This document shows, in pieces, positions 10,542-20,407 of a DNA stretch of 64,000 nt (position 1 is its first letter; the number at the start of each line of letters is the position of its first letter). Source of the stretch: an uncultured Eubacteriales bacterium (lineage in GTDB: Bacteria > Bacillota > Clostridia > Oscillospirales > Acutalibacteraceae); the NCBI GenBank assembly GCA_964624385.1, contig CAZUZV010000004.1, positions 12,348 to 76,347 of the forward strand, written 5' to 3'. A program made the position numbers and the translations under genes. The notes below the pieces were generated by a model, which did no database searches, was not told where the DNA came from, and saw nothing but the letters and a program-made list of their open reading frames with translations.

Positions 10542-10567
10542 GAACCGCTTCCTTTCGGAAGCGGTTC
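10542..10567. terminator. Bidirectional terminator between convergent genes
   Basis: Perfect 11-bp stem gaaccgcttcc/ggaagcggttc with a tttc loop. A-tract upstream and T-rich downstream. Confidence 0.8.
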
Positions 10568-10582
10568 ATTTATGTTTGCAGA

Positions 10583-12481
10583 TTAAACTCTAACGATTTC
10601 GTTATTTAATTCTTGAAGTCCATTCATAAGAGAGGAAGCAACATTTTTACCGAGAGAAATAAGCTCGTGGTAGTGATTTGCAGGATCGCCCATTGTGAAG
10701 TCGTTATCAGGAACAACATAACCAATAGCATCGTTCATAAGACCGAAGCATTTAACATCGCTACCGAAGATGTTGCAAGCGGGTTGAGCAGAAAATGCAG
10801 TTGCAGTAACAGAATTTGCTGCTAATAATGATGCACCGTTAGGAGCGATAAGATCCTGACAAATTTCACCGGGTAAGAACACTGTCTTGAACTGATTGCC
10901 CATTTCCATATAACCGATTTCTGTAATTGTCGCATAGGAGCCGTCTTCTTTTGCAATAACAACATAGTTAGCAAGATTAAGCTTACCAACAGTTTCAATA
11001 AGTGCGTTGGAAATCGGGATTTCAACCTGCTTGATGAGAAGGTTGAGGAAGGGTTCAACAACCTGTTCTTCGGGGATTACATCATTGCCTTCTTCATCTT
11101 TGTTCCAATTTTCGTACCAGATTGAGTATGCTTCGTTATCGCCGTATTCAGCAATTTCTTCTGCACAGTTGAGCATATCATCAGCTTCAACTTCTTCTTT
11201 TGTGAGAGTGAGTGAGAGAGCCATTCTTGCAAGCTCATATCCATATCTTTGAGATTCCTCAACTCTTTGTTCAGTGGGAACGCCGTCACCGGTAACACTT
11301 CTTGACATATATATACCTGCGATGGCACCCTGGAAGAACATAAAGTTGTAACCTGCATCCTCAAGGAATTTACCACAGTAGAAGAGATAGTCACCACTGA
11401 TTTCACGACCGGAGTTGGAGCTTGTGGGAAGACCTGCAACGTCGGGGTGAGCAGCAATGTTGAGCATCATTGTGGGAGTTTCACCTTCAGCATCAGGAAC
11501 AAAGACAAATCTTGAAATATCTGTCATAGCGATTTCTTTTTCACCGGTATAAACCTTGTTACCATTTGTGTCAATTTCGTAAATCATTTCGCCTGCTGAG
11601 GGGCGGTTTTTGTTATTGAAATAGTCCTGTCCGAGATCTTTTTCTGTATATGTAAGAACACCGGGTTGTAAATCTTCATAAGCATCAACAAGAGCATCAG
11701 CAACTCTTTCTTTAAGGAATGCCATATATGCCGGATTAGTGCCCTGAACAAGCTCTTCATCAGCACCCGTGCCGTTTACAATACCGTTACGAGAAAGCTT
11801 ATAAAGAAGTTTGGTCCAAAGACCTTCTGTGTCGATACAACTATGTGTATGAGTAGAAGAAACGTTGATTGAAACGATATCGTTAGCCTCTGCGAAATCT
11901 GCAAGAAGTGCACGAATATCCTTAATATCAGCGTTTGTAATACCGATACAGTCAATTGTTGCAAATAACACAGTACCTGAATCCGTACCATCGTTTATTG
12001 CAACACAACGAACCTTCATATCATCTTTGCCGATTCCGGGAATTTCAGCGATACCTTCAACAACATTTGAAAAACCGTTTTCAATTGCGATGTAACCACC
12101 GATGTAGTATGTACCATTGCTGTAATCATTAGGAATAAGGCTTTCGTTAGAATAACCGAGATTCCATTGTGCACCGTCTTCAGCCGAAGTGCGGAATTCA
12201 TTTCCTGTGCCTTCGTAGAAGTTTTCTGAGGCTTTAATTTCAGCACTTTCTTGGCTTACAAATCCGGGACCATCGTTAAACAAACCGGAGAAGAGGTTAA
12301 GAATAAAGTTTAAAAGTGTTTCAATAATGTCAGAAAAAATAACACCAATAGGGTCTTCGCTGTCATTGCTTATAATTGGATAAGCACTTGAAGCACTCGC
12401 TGTTGTTGCGCCGAAAGATGCAAAAGCAAGAGTCAACGAAAGAATAACAGCAATGATTTTTGTTAATCTGCTTTTTTTCAT
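10583..12481 (-). CDS. Secreted protein, neutral/alkaline ceramidase-like family (tentative)
   Basis: Start placed at ATG 12481 behind AAAGGAGA, giving signal peptide MKKSRLTKIIAVILSLTLAFASFGATTASA. Motif SSTHTHSCIDTEG resembles the THTHSGP zinc-site motif of neutral ceramidases. The ORF-track start at 12565 is probably too far upstream. Confidence 0.6.
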   Translation of the reverse strand: MKKSRLTKIIAVILSLTLAFASFGATTASASSAYPIISNDSEDPIGVIFSDIIETLLNFILNLFSGLFNDGPGFVSQESAEIKASENFYEGTGNEFRTSAEDGAQWNLGYSNESLIPNDYSNGTYYIGGYIAIENGFSNVVEGIAEIPGIGKDDMKVRCVAINDGTDSGTVLFATIDCIGITNADIKDIRALLADFAEANDIVSINVSSTHTHSCIDTEGLWTKLLYKLSRNGIVNGTGADEELVQGTNPAYMAFLKERVADALVDAYEDLQPGVLTYTEKDLGQDYFNNKNRPSAGEMIYEIDTNGNKVYTGEKEIAMTDISRFVFVPDAEGETPTMMLNIAAHPDVAGLPTSSNSGREISGDYLFYCGKFLEDAGYNFMFFQGAIAGIYMSRSVTGDGVPTEQRVEESQRYGYELARMALSLTLTKEEVEADDMLNCAEEIAEYGDNEAYSIWYENWNKDEEGNDVIPEEQVVEPFLNLLIKQVEIPISNALIETVGKLNLANYVVIAKEDGSYATITEIGYMEMGNQFKTVFLPGEICQDLIAPNGASLLAANSVTATAFSAQPACNIFGSDVKCFGLMNDAIGYVVPDNDFTMGDPANHYHELISLGKNVASSLMNGLQELNNEIVRV

Positions 12482-12659
12482 AATTTGTAATCTCCTTTTA
12501 TATTGCCGGATTTTTGACAATATTATTTGATAATATATTTTACAATACATTTCAAGTTTTTTCAACCATCAATTTTGCTAAATTACGAGGAGTTTATTAA
12601 ATGATTTGCACAAATTTTATTATTTTAAAAATTAAAGTAAAAGATAAGCGGATTTTATA

Positions 12660-12688
12660 TTGACTTTTTCGGAAAGTTTGTGTAAAAT
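12660..12688 (+). promoter_or_regulatory. Sigma-A-type promoter for the 12725 gene
   Basis: TTGACT, 17-nt spacer, TAAAAT, about 37 nt upstream of the ATG. Confidence 0.6.
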
Positions 12689-12724
12689 GAATAAGAATTA
12701 TTAGGTATCAAGGGGGATACTCGG

Positions 12725-13948
12725 ATGAAAAACTTAGATATAGCTAACGGCAGACTAAAAAAAGTCGTTGCGTTGCTTCTTGTGACCTGTATGGTTGTAG
12801 GTCTTCTTTCCAGCGCAGCTGTTAAGGTTGTTGCTTCCACCTACTATATGCAGACGAAGCGCAAATTGAAAGTAAATAATCCTATTGTTCAGCAGGCGAT
12901 TGACACAATAGTTGGTGACAATAACATTGCCGGTCCGGAAACTACAGCTCCTACAGTAACAGCACCGGCTACAACAGAAGCCCCCACAACACAGGCTCCA
13001 ACTACAGAAACACCTACAACCGAATCGGATACGTCTGAAGTTGCTTCTGATGAAACAACAACTACAACAACAGCTGTTAGCGGTTCAAGTGGCAGTTCTA
13101 CGGATATTTTAGGCACAATCACAGGCTTACTTGGTGGTTTGGGTAGTGTTGATATCGGTGGTATGCTCGACGGCATCGGTGATATGCTCGGCGGCCTAGG
13201 TGGCGGTTCTTCAGAAGAAACTACAACAACCACGGAATCTACAACCGAATCCAAGGCATCCAAAGCTCAGAAAAAAGAAGTTCTCAGTGAATATAACGCG
13301 GTTGTTAATTATGCAAAGAAGATAGGCAAACCGGCTTTCACAAAAGTAACTTACAGAACTCTTGAAAAAGATGGCGCTGCAAAATTGCTTTTCCGTAATG
13401 TTGAGTCGCAGTACCCCGAATATTTCATTTCCAAAGAAAATGCAGAAGCAGCACCAATTCTTGTTCCCGCAAATACTGAAACATCGGAGCTTTTGATTGA
13501 TAATGAATACTTTGCAGGTATGCTTGCAACAGCAGATGCTTCCGATGCTATTGAATCTGCAACAAGTGTTAAGCTTGAAGACGGTTCACAAAAGATTACA
13601 ATTACACTTCGTGATGAAGTTGATCCCGCTATTACAGTAGCTGATTCAAAAACAGCTGCAAGTTTCACAAGTGCGATGTTCCCTGTTATTGATGCAGAAA
13701 CAGTTAAAGAAAAAGTTGCAAGCACTTTGAAGATTACTAAAATTACCGGCGCAAATGTTACTTATACTGAATGTACTGTTGAACTCATTTTTAATCCTTC
13801 GTTGAATAGAATTATCAGTGTTAAGCAAACAGTTAAACACGTTGATAATGTCGAAGGTTATATTATTGAGGGTATGCTTCCTGTTTCGGGTTCAGCAACG
13901 GTAACAGAAATTTCTGAATACAGAGATTTCGACTACGGTCTTCTTTAA
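12725..13948 (+). CDS. Hypothetical secreted or membrane-anchored protein with Thr/Pro-rich and Gly-rich linkers
   Basis: RBS AGGGGGA and an N-terminal hydrophobic anchor. Linker TTAPTVTAPATTEAPTTQAPTTETPTT, then GGLGSVDIGGMLDGIGDMLGGLGGG, then a ~220-aa globular C-terminus. Confidence 0.7.
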   Translation: MKNLDIANGRLKKVVALLLVTCMVVGLLSSAAVKVVASTYYMQTKRKLKVNNPIVQQAIDTIVGDNNIAGPETTAPTVTAPATTEAPTTQAPTTETPTTESDTSEVASDETTTTTTAVSGSSGSSTDILGTITGLLGGLGSVDIGGMLDGIGDMLGGLGGGSSEETTTTTESTTESKASKAQKKEVLSEYNAVVNYAKKIGKPAFTKVTYRTLEKDGAAKLLFRNVESQYPEYFISKENAEAAPILVPANTETSELLIDNEYFAGMLATADASDAIESATSVKLEDGSQKITITLRDEVDPAITVADSKTAASFTSAMFPVIDAETVKEKVASTLKITKITGANVTYTECTVELIFNPSLNRIISVKQTVKHVDNVEGYIIEGMLPVSGSATVTEISEYRDFDYGLL

Positions 13949-13962
13949 TAATTTTAATTTTT

Positions 13963-13997
13963 GGAAGAACAGGTTAAAAACTTGTTCTTCCTTTTTT
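13963..13997 (+). terminator. Rho-independent terminator
   Basis: Stem ggaagaacagg/cttgttcttcc followed by TTTTTT. Confidence 0.8.
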
Positions 13998-14005
13998 ATA
14001 TTTAC

Positions 14006-14034
14006 TTGATAAATGATAATTGTTGTGCTATAAT
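14006..14034 (+). promoter_or_regulatory. Sigma-A-type promoter of the nusB operon
   Basis: TTGATA, 17-nt spacer, TATAAT. Confidence 0.6.
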
Positions 14035-14090
14035 TTTAAATTGATAAATTATAGGGTATAAAAGTACCTGTACTAACTGAGGAGATATTT

Positions 14091-14483
14091 ATGACAAGAC
14101 GTGAAGCAAGAGAACAAGCCTTTATTGTGCTTTTCGAAAAGATTTTTGATAATGAAACCCCGATTTCAGAAATTGTTGAAACTGCAAAAGATGCTGAACT
14201 TATAAAAATCAATAGTTTTGCAGAGAATGTTCTTAATGCGGTTGAAAACAATTCAGAGGAAATTGATAGCGTTATTGAAGCAAATTCTCAGGATTGGACT
14301 CTTGTGAGATTGCCCAAGGTTTCACTTGCAATTTTGCGCCTTGCAGTTGCAGAGATTAAATATATTGATGAAGTTCCCAACGGAGTTGCCGTTAATGAAG
14401 CTGTTGAACTGGCAAAAAAATACGGTACAAATGAAGATGCCTCTTTTATAAACGGTATCCTCGGAACTATTGCTAAAGAGTAA
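14091..14483 (+). CDS. nusB: Transcription antitermination factor NusB
   Basis: N-terminus MTRREAREQAFIVLF, 130 aa. Begins the conserved nusB-xseAB-ispA-dxs block. Confidence 0.9.
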   Translation: MTRREAREQAFIVLFEKIFDNETPISEIVETAKDAELIKINSFAENVLNAVENNSEEIDSVIEANSQDWTLVRLPKVSLAILRLAVAEIKYIDEVPNGVAVNEAVELAKKYGTNEDASFINGILGTIAKE

Positions 14484-15423
14484 TATGGATGGTTTTTTAG
14501 GTTTTGATACAAGCAATTACACAACCTCAGTCGCTGTGTTCAGTGATGGCGATGTAATTCAAAATAAACGTCTTTTGCCTGTAAAAGAAGGAGAAAGAGG
14601 AATTCGCCAAAGTGATGCGGTTTTTCATCATACAAAAGCTTATGGCGAACTTTTAGAGGGCGTTTTATCTGAATACGCGGGGGAAATTTCGGCGGTTGGC
14701 GCTTCTGTAACCCCAACAACTCAAGTGGGCTCCTATATGCCTTGCTTTTTGGTTGGCGAAAATGCTGCTCGGACGGTTTCGGCGGCATTAAATATTCCTT
14801 TTTACAGTTTTTCTCATCAGCAAGGTCATATCGCAGCAGCGCTATATTCTGCCAAAAGAACAGATTTATTTAATCGAAGATTTTTAGCCTTCCATATTTC
14901 GGGAGGAACAACGGATTTGGTTCTTTGTGAACCCGATGAAGAAAGTATTATAAAAATTACACCTGTTTCAGGCTCAAGTGATTTAAAAGCAGGACAGGCT
15001 GTTGACAGAATCGGTGTAAAAATGGGGATACCTTTTCCTGCAGGAGCGGGGCTTGAAGAGCTTGCAAAAAAATCTCAAAAAATATTTAAAAATAAAATCA
15101 AGCTTCACAATGGCTTTTGTTCTCTTTCAGGTCTTGAAAACAAGTGCCTTAAAATGCTTTCAGATGGTGAATCAAAAGAGGATACCGCAAAATTTTTGCT
15201 TACTTATATTGCAGATACAATTTCCGCTATGGCAGAAACCGCACTTGAAAAATACGGCTCATTACCCCTTGTTTTTGCCGGTGGGGTAATGTCCGATAAA
15301 ATTATAAAAGATATTATTACAGAGCGCTTTGATGCTTCGTTTGCTGAACCGCAGTTTTCATGCGATAATGCGGCAGGTATTGCGTATTTAACTTCTTTAA
15401 AATATTCGAAAGAGGTACTTTGA
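14470..15423 (+). CDS. Kae1/TsaD-like ASKHA-fold protein (peptidase M22 family paralogue)
   Basis: GFDTSNYTTSVAV N-terminus, metal-site-like SHQQGH (HxxxH), SGGTTDL and AGGVMSD motifs. The start may instead be ATG 14485 (MDGFLGFDTS). Confidence 0.7.
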   Translation: MLKSNMDGFLGFDTSNYTTSVAVFSDGDVIQNKRLLPVKEGERGIRQSDAVFHHTKAYGELLEGVLSEYAGEISAVGASVTPTTQVGSYMPCFLVGENAARTVSAALNIPFYSFSHQQGHIAAALYSAKRTDLFNRRFLAFHISGGTTDLVLCEPDEESIIKITPVSGSSDLKAGQAVDRIGVKMGIPFPAGAGLEELAKKSQKIFKNKIKLHNGFCSLSGLENKCLKMLSDGESKEDTAKFLLTYIADTISAMAETALEKYGSLPLVFAGGVMSDKIIKDIITERFDASFAEPQFSCDNAAGIAYLTSLKYSKEVL

Positions 15424-16631
15424 TGTATACACCTTCACCAACTGTTTACAGTGTGTCACAATTGAATAATTACGTTAAGGGCATACTTGACAGTGATGAA
15501 AATCTTGCTCATATTTTTGTGACGGGAGAGATATCTAATTTCAAAGCCCATTACAGTGGGCATATATATATGACTGTTAAGGACGAAACTGCGTCTGTGA
15601 AGGCGGTTATGTTTGCCGGGAATGCCAACAGATTGCGTTTTGTACCTGAAAACGGAATGAAGATTCTTGCTTTCGGAACGGTTTCTCTTTTTCCTCGTGA
15701 CGGTTCTTATCAGCTATACATTAACGATATGCAACCCGATGGTGTAGGTGCTTTAAATATAGCCTTTGAGCAACTTAAAAAGAGGCTGGAAGCAGAGGGG
15801 CTTTTTAAAAAGGAATATAAAAAGCCTTTACCGAAATTTCCAAAAAGGGTCGGTGTTGTTACCTCGGCTACAGGCGCAGCGGTTCAGGATATTTTCAATG
15901 TATTAAATCGTCGTTTCCCTGTAGCGGAAGTTGTTTTACGTCCTTGTCAGGTTCAGGGAGAAGGTGCAGCACAGGATATCGCAAAAGCTATTTATGAATT
16001 TAATAATTTAAAAGGTGCAGATGTGCTTATTGTTGGTCGCGGTGGTGGTTCTATTGAGGATCTTTGGGCATTTAATGAAGAAATTGTTGCAAGAGCAGTT
16101 TTCGCCTCTGAAATTCCCGTTGTTTCCGCTGTGGGTCACGAAACCGACTATACAATTTGCGATTTTGTTGCAGATTTAAGAGCGCCCACTCCTTCTGCTG
16201 CTGCAGAATGTGCAGTTCCCGATATATATGAGCTTAAAGCTTCCCTTATTGCGTTTCAGCAAAGGATTTTTTCATTAACAAAGAAAAAAATTGATATCGA
16301 AAGAGAAAGGCTCAAAGCTGTTGAAAAAAGCGGTGTTCTCAGAGACCCTTTGACAAATATTAACGAAAAGAGAAAAGAGCTTGTTTATATTTCAGAAAAA
16401 CTTTTCGGATTTGTGAATAATGAAGTAGATTTAAATAAAATGAAAATCTCTGCTTTGGCAGGAAAGCTGGATGCTCTGAGTCCGTTGAATGTTATTTCAA
16501 GAGGTTATTCCCTTGTTCAAAAGGATGAAAAACCTATCACCAGCGTAAAGCTATTGAAAACGGGCGATACAATTTCTGTTAAACTTTCTGACGGAACATT
16601 GGAAGCAAACGTAACAAGTATTGGAGAATAA
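15420..16631 (+). CDS. xseA: Exodeoxyribonuclease VII large subunit
   Basis: 403 aa with N-terminal OB-fold-like region and VGRGGGSIEDLWAFNEE motif. Followed by xseB. Confidence 0.9.
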   Translation: MMYTPSPTVYSVSQLNNYVKGILDSDENLAHIFVTGEISNFKAHYSGHIYMTVKDETASVKAVMFAGNANRLRFVPENGMKILAFGTVSLFPRDGSYQLYINDMQPDGVGALNIAFEQLKKRLEAEGLFKKEYKKPLPKFPKRVGVVTSATGAAVQDIFNVLNRRFPVAEVVLRPCQVQGEGAAQDIAKAIYEFNNLKGADVLIVGRGGGSIEDLWAFNEEIVARAVFASEIPVVSAVGHETDYTICDFVADLRAPTPSAAAECAVPDIYELKASLIAFQQRIFSLTKKKIDIERERLKAVEKSGVLRDPLTNINEKRKELVYISEKLFGFVNNEVDLNKMKISALAGKLDALSPLNVISRGYSLVQKDEKPITSVKLLKTGDTISVKLSDGTLEANVTSIGE

Positions 16632-16634
16632 AAA

Positions 16635-16835
16635 ATGGAACAGAATTATGAAAAGTCATTAAAACGCCTGGAAGAGATAGTTTCTTTGTTGGAGGATGGT
16701 GGACAACCTCTTGAAAAGACCCTCGAGCTTTTTTCAGAGGGTACAGCACTTTTAAATGAATGCGCAAAGTATCTTGACAGCGCTGAACAAAAAATAACAT
16801 CGCTTCTTGGTAATGGTGGTAACAATGCACAGTAA
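16635..16835 (+). CDS. xseB: Exodeoxyribonuclease VII small subunit
   Basis: 66 aa, YEKSLKRLEEIVSLLEDG motif typical of XseB. Position after xseA. Confidence 0.9.
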   Translation: MEQNYEKSLKRLEEIVSLLEDGGQPLEKTLELFSEGTALLNECAKYLDSAEQKITSLLGNGGNNAQ

Positions 16836-17709
16836 AATTAAGGAATTTTCTGAAATTTTTGAAAAAAGTCTGTACGGATATTTTGAGGAGTGTCTTACAG
16901 AATATAAAGTTATATTCGACTCAATGGAATATAGTGTTAAAAACGGCGGCAAAAGAGTTCGTCCGCTTTTGACATTGCTTTTTTGCGATGCCTGCGGAGG
17001 AAAGGTCGAAAGTGCTCTTCCAATGGCTCAAGCAGTTGAGTTTATTCATACCTATTCTCTTATTCACGATGATTTGCCGTGTATGGATGATGATGACTAC
17101 CGTCGCGGTAAGCTTTCGAATCACAAGGTTTACGGTGAAGCCTTTGCACTTTTGGCGGGAGATGGACTTTTGACTGCTGCATTTGAAATAATTTCCAAAG
17201 GATGTCTTGAAGGTCTTTATGACAGTGAAACTGCTATAAGCGGTGTTTCTGCTCTTTCTTCTCTTGCAGGATGTCGCGGTATGATTGGCGGTCAGGTTAT
17301 TGACCTTCTTAACGAAAATAATCCCGAAGCAGATTTCGAGAATCTGCAGCTTATGGATTCTTTGAAAACAGGCGCATTAATTGAAGCAGCTTGTGTTCTG
17401 GGGTGTATTGTAGCAGGTGCAGATGAAGAAAAACTTAATGCTGCCAGAACCTTTGCGCAGAATATCGGACTTGCATTTCAGATTAAAGACGATATCCTTG
17501 ATGTTACAAGCTCTTTAGAAAAGCTCGGTAAGCTGACAGGTAGTGACACTCAGAACGGCAAGTCTACTTATGTTACACTTTTAGGTGTGGAAAAATGCCA
17601 GGAAATTGTTGAAAAACTTACCGAAGAAGCTATGGCTTCTCTTGATGAATTTTTAAATAACGAAGCACTAAAAGATTACGCAGAATTTTTAGCTCACAGA
17701 GAGAATTGA
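16825..17709 (+). CDS. ispA: Polyprenyl (farnesyl/geranylgeranyl) diphosphate synthase
   Basis: Two Asp-rich motifs: LIHDDLPCMDDDDYRRG and FQIKDDILD. Start chosen at ATG 16825 (MHSKIKEF); the ORF track begins at 16807. Confidence 0.85.
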   Translation: MHSKIKEFSEIFEKSLYGYFEECLTEYKVIFDSMEYSVKNGGKRVRPLLTLLFCDACGGKVESALPMAQAVEFIHTYSLIHDDLPCMDDDDYRRGKLSNHKVYGEAFALLAGDGLLTAAFEIISKGCLEGLYDSETAISGVSALSSLAGCRGMIGGQVIDLLNENNPEADFENLQLMDSLKTGALIEAACVLGCIVAGADEEKLNAARTFAQNIGLAFQIKDDILDVTSSLEKLGKLTGSDTQNGKSTYVTLLGVEKCQEIVEKLTEEAMASLDEFLNNEALKDYAEFLAHREN

Positions 17710-17713
17710 TTTA

Positions 17714-19588
17714 ATGGAACATAATTTACTTTCAAAAATTAAATCACCATCTGATTTAAAAAAATTAGATGATATACAGCTTCCTTTGCTTGCAGAGGAG
17801 GTAAGGGATACCATTGTTACAACAGTCTCCGAAAATGGCGGTCATCTGGCATCAAATTTGGGTGTTGTGGAGCTTACAATAGCACTTCATAAGGTTTTTA
17901 ATTCACCTAACGACAAAATAGTTTGGGACGTGGGGCATCAGGTGTATACCCACAAACTTCTTACAGGGCGCTATAATGAATTTTCAACACTCCGTCGTGA
18001 AAAAGGGCTTTCGGGCTTTTCTCGTCCCGATGAAAGTGAACATGATATTGTTTTCAGCGGACATAGCAGTGTTTCTGTTTCAACAGCTTTGGGTATTGCC
18101 TCTGCTAATAAAATCAACGGCAAAAAGGATTACGCCATTGCAGTTTTAGGCGACGGTGCTCTAACAGGCGGTCTTATTTACGAAGCCCTTAACAATGCAG
18201 GGCATATGAAGGACACAAGACTTATAATCATTCTTAACGATAACGGAATGTCCATTTCCAAAAATGTAGGTCACCTTGCCAAAAGATTGGCGGTTATGCG
18301 TTCTCGTTCCGGTTACTTTAAATTAAAAGCCTTGACAGAAAGAGCCGTTTCAAGAATTCCGTTAGTAGGTAAAGCTCTTTCCAATAAGCTTTTTAAAATA
18401 AAGACGGATTTAAAGAATATGCTTTATGAAAGCAATTTCTTTGAAGATTTAGGTATCAGATATATGGGGCCCATTGACGGTCATAATATATCCCAGCTTT
18501 GTGATGCTCTTGAGGGTGCAAAGCTTGTAAATTCTCCTGTATTGGTTCATATTAATACAGTCAAGGGTAAGGGATATAAGCCTGCTGAAGAAAGACCATC
18601 GGAATTTCACGGCGTAGGTCCCTTTGACAAAGAAAGCGGCTCACTTAAAACCAATTCTGATAATTTTTCGGAAAAGTTCGGTGAATTCTTATACAATCAA
18701 GCTCCTAAAGACAAACGGATCTGTGCCATTACTGCAGCAATGTCATTGGGTACGGGGCTTAAGAAGTTTTCTGAAGAATACCCTGATAGAGTGTTTGATG
18801 TGGGAATTGCAGAGGAGCATGCCGTGCCCTTTGCATTAGGTCTTTCAAAGAACGGAATGTTACCTGTTTTCGTGGTTTATTCAACATTTTTACAACGTTG
18901 CTATGACCAGCTTATCCATGATTGCGCGCTTCAGAACAGCCGTATGGTAATTGCAGTAGACAGAGCAGGTATTGTCGGTGATGATGGTGAAACTCATAAT
19001 GGTATATATGATACCGCATTTTTTAACGGTATTCCTAATTTGACTGTTTACTCACCCGGTTATTATTGTGAACTTAATAATGCACTTGTAAATGCTCTTT
19101 ATCATAGTCAAGGTCCTTGTGTCATAAGATACCCGAGAGGTTCAGAACCCGAAATGCCCGAAAATTATGAATGTAGCGGAAAAGCATTCGATGTGTTTGG
19201 CGATGAAAATGCAGACGTGGTTTTGGTAACCTACGGCAGAATTTTCGCTGAGTGTTATAAAGCTTGTGAGCGTCTGAAAAAAGATGGTATTAAAGTAAAG
19301 CTTATAAAGCTAAATATAATTGTACCGGTTCCCGAGGAAAGTATTAACTTCATTGGAGATGCTGAAAACGTATTTTTCTTTGAAGAGGGTGTTAAAAGCG
19401 GTGGCGTCGGTGAGAGCTTTGCTACTGTTATGTTGGAAAATAATGTGAAATCATCTTTCTCTCTTACTGCTTTTCCGGATTGTTTTGTTAAACAGGGAAA
19501 AACTGATAGTATTTTACATCAATATTTCTTGGACTGTGAAGGTATGTATAACACAGTAAAAAAATTATTGGAGATAAATAATGAGTGA
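17714..19588 (+). CDS. dxs: 1-deoxy-D-xylulose-5-phosphate synthase
   Basis: 624 aa with GGHLASNLGVVELT, WDVGHQVYTHK and TPP motif LGDGALTGG...LNDN. Confidence 0.95.
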   Translation: MEHNLLSKIKSPSDLKKLDDIQLPLLAEEVRDTIVTTVSENGGHLASNLGVVELTIALHKVFNSPNDKIVWDVGHQVYTHKLLTGRYNEFSTLRREKGLSGFSRPDESEHDIVFSGHSSVSVSTALGIASANKINGKKDYAIAVLGDGALTGGLIYEALNNAGHMKDTRLIIILNDNGMSISKNVGHLAKRLAVMRSRSGYFKLKALTERAVSRIPLVGKALSNKLFKIKTDLKNMLYESNFFEDLGIRYMGPIDGHNISQLCDALEGAKLVNSPVLVHINTVKGKGYKPAEERPSEFHGVGPFDKESGSLKTNSDNFSEKFGEFLYNQAPKDKRICAITAAMSLGTGLKKFSEEYPDRVFDVGIAEEHAVPFALGLSKNGMLPVFVVYSTFLQRCYDQLIHDCALQNSRMVIAVDRAGIVGDDGETHNGIYDTAFFNGIPNLTVYSPGYYCELNNALVNALYHSQGPCVIRYPRGSEPEMPENYECSGKAFDVFGDENADVVLVTYGRIFAECYKACERLKKDGIKVKLIKLNIIVPVPEESINFIGDAENVFFFEEGVKSGGVGESFATVMLENNVKSSFSLTAFPDCFVKQGKTDSILHQYFLDCEGMYNTVKKLLEINNE

Positions 19589-20396
19589 TAAAAAAAGACT
19601 TGACATAGTGTTATTTGAACGCGGTTTTGCCGAAAGTCGTGAAAAGGCTAAAGCGTTGATTATGTCAGGTATTGTTTATGTAAACGACCAAAAGGAAATA
19701 AAAGCCGGTCGTGATATCAAAACTGATGACATAATAGAAGTGCGCGGAAATACACTTAAATATGTAAGTCGAGGCGGTTTAAAGCTTGAAAAAGCAATGG
19801 AATCCTTTCCTATAGCTCTTTCAGGAAAGCTTTGTATGGATATCGGGGCATCAACAGGTGGATTTACTGACTGTATGCTTCAGAACGGGGCTGTGAAAGT
19901 TTATTCAATTGATGTTGGTTACGGTCAACTTGCCTGGAAGCTTCGCAGTGACGAGAGAGTTGTCAATCTGGAAAGAACAAATTTCCGTTATGTTACCCGT
20001 GAACAGATACCCGAAGAAATCGATTTTGCTTCTGTTGATGTTTCGTTTATTTCCTTAAAGCTTATTTTACCGGTTATGCACACGCTTCTGAAAAAAGACG
20101 GTGAAGCGGTTTGCCTTATAAAACCTCAGTTTGAAGCCGGAAGAGAAAATGTTGGAAAAAAAGGAGTTGTTCGTGACCCTGCCGTCCACGAAAATGTTAT
20201 AAAAACCATTGCAGAATTTGCAAATTCTCAATGCTTTGAAGTTTTGGGACTTGAACATTCTCCCGTAAAAGGCCCTGAAGGAAACATTGAGTATCTTATG
20301 TACATAAAAAAGTGCGAGGAACCTCAGGATTCCGAAGAGGTTATTTCTACTGCAGGGGCGCTTGTGGAACGCTCGCATAATGTGTTAGATAAGTAA
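19581..20396 (+). CDS. tlyA: TlyA-family rRNA 2-prime-O-methyltransferase
   Basis: N-terminal S4 domain ([24 protein letters not shown]) and FtsJ-type SAM motif [11 protein letters not shown]. Confidence 0.9.
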   Translation: MSDKKRLDIVLFERGFAESREKAKALIMSGIVYVNDQKEIKAGRDIKTDDIIEVRGNTLKYVSRGGLKLEKAMESFPIALSGKLCMDIGASTGGFTDCMLQNGAVKVYSIDVGYGQLAWKLRSDERVVNLERTNFRYVTREQIPEEIDFASVDVSFISLKLILPVMHTLLKKDGEAVCLIKPQFEAGRENVGKKGVVRDPAVHENVIKTIAEFANSQCFEVLGLEHSPVKGPEGNIEYLMYIKKCEEPQDSEEVISTAGALVERSHNVLDK

Positions 20397-20407
20397 TAGG
20401 TGATATT

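Noticed and set aside
12601-12663. 20-codon ORF (MICTNFIILKIKVKDKRILY) with GAGGAG 8 nt upstream, as a possible leader peptide or small protein
   Set aside because: It overlaps the -35 of the downstream promoter, so it would not be on that transcript. No other support exists, and an AT-rich spacer easily generates such ORFs.
12940-13260. Apparent nucleotide repeats in the 12725 gene
   Set aside because: They reflect a low-complexity Thr/Pro/Ala and Gly-rich protein linker, not a discrete DNA repeat element.
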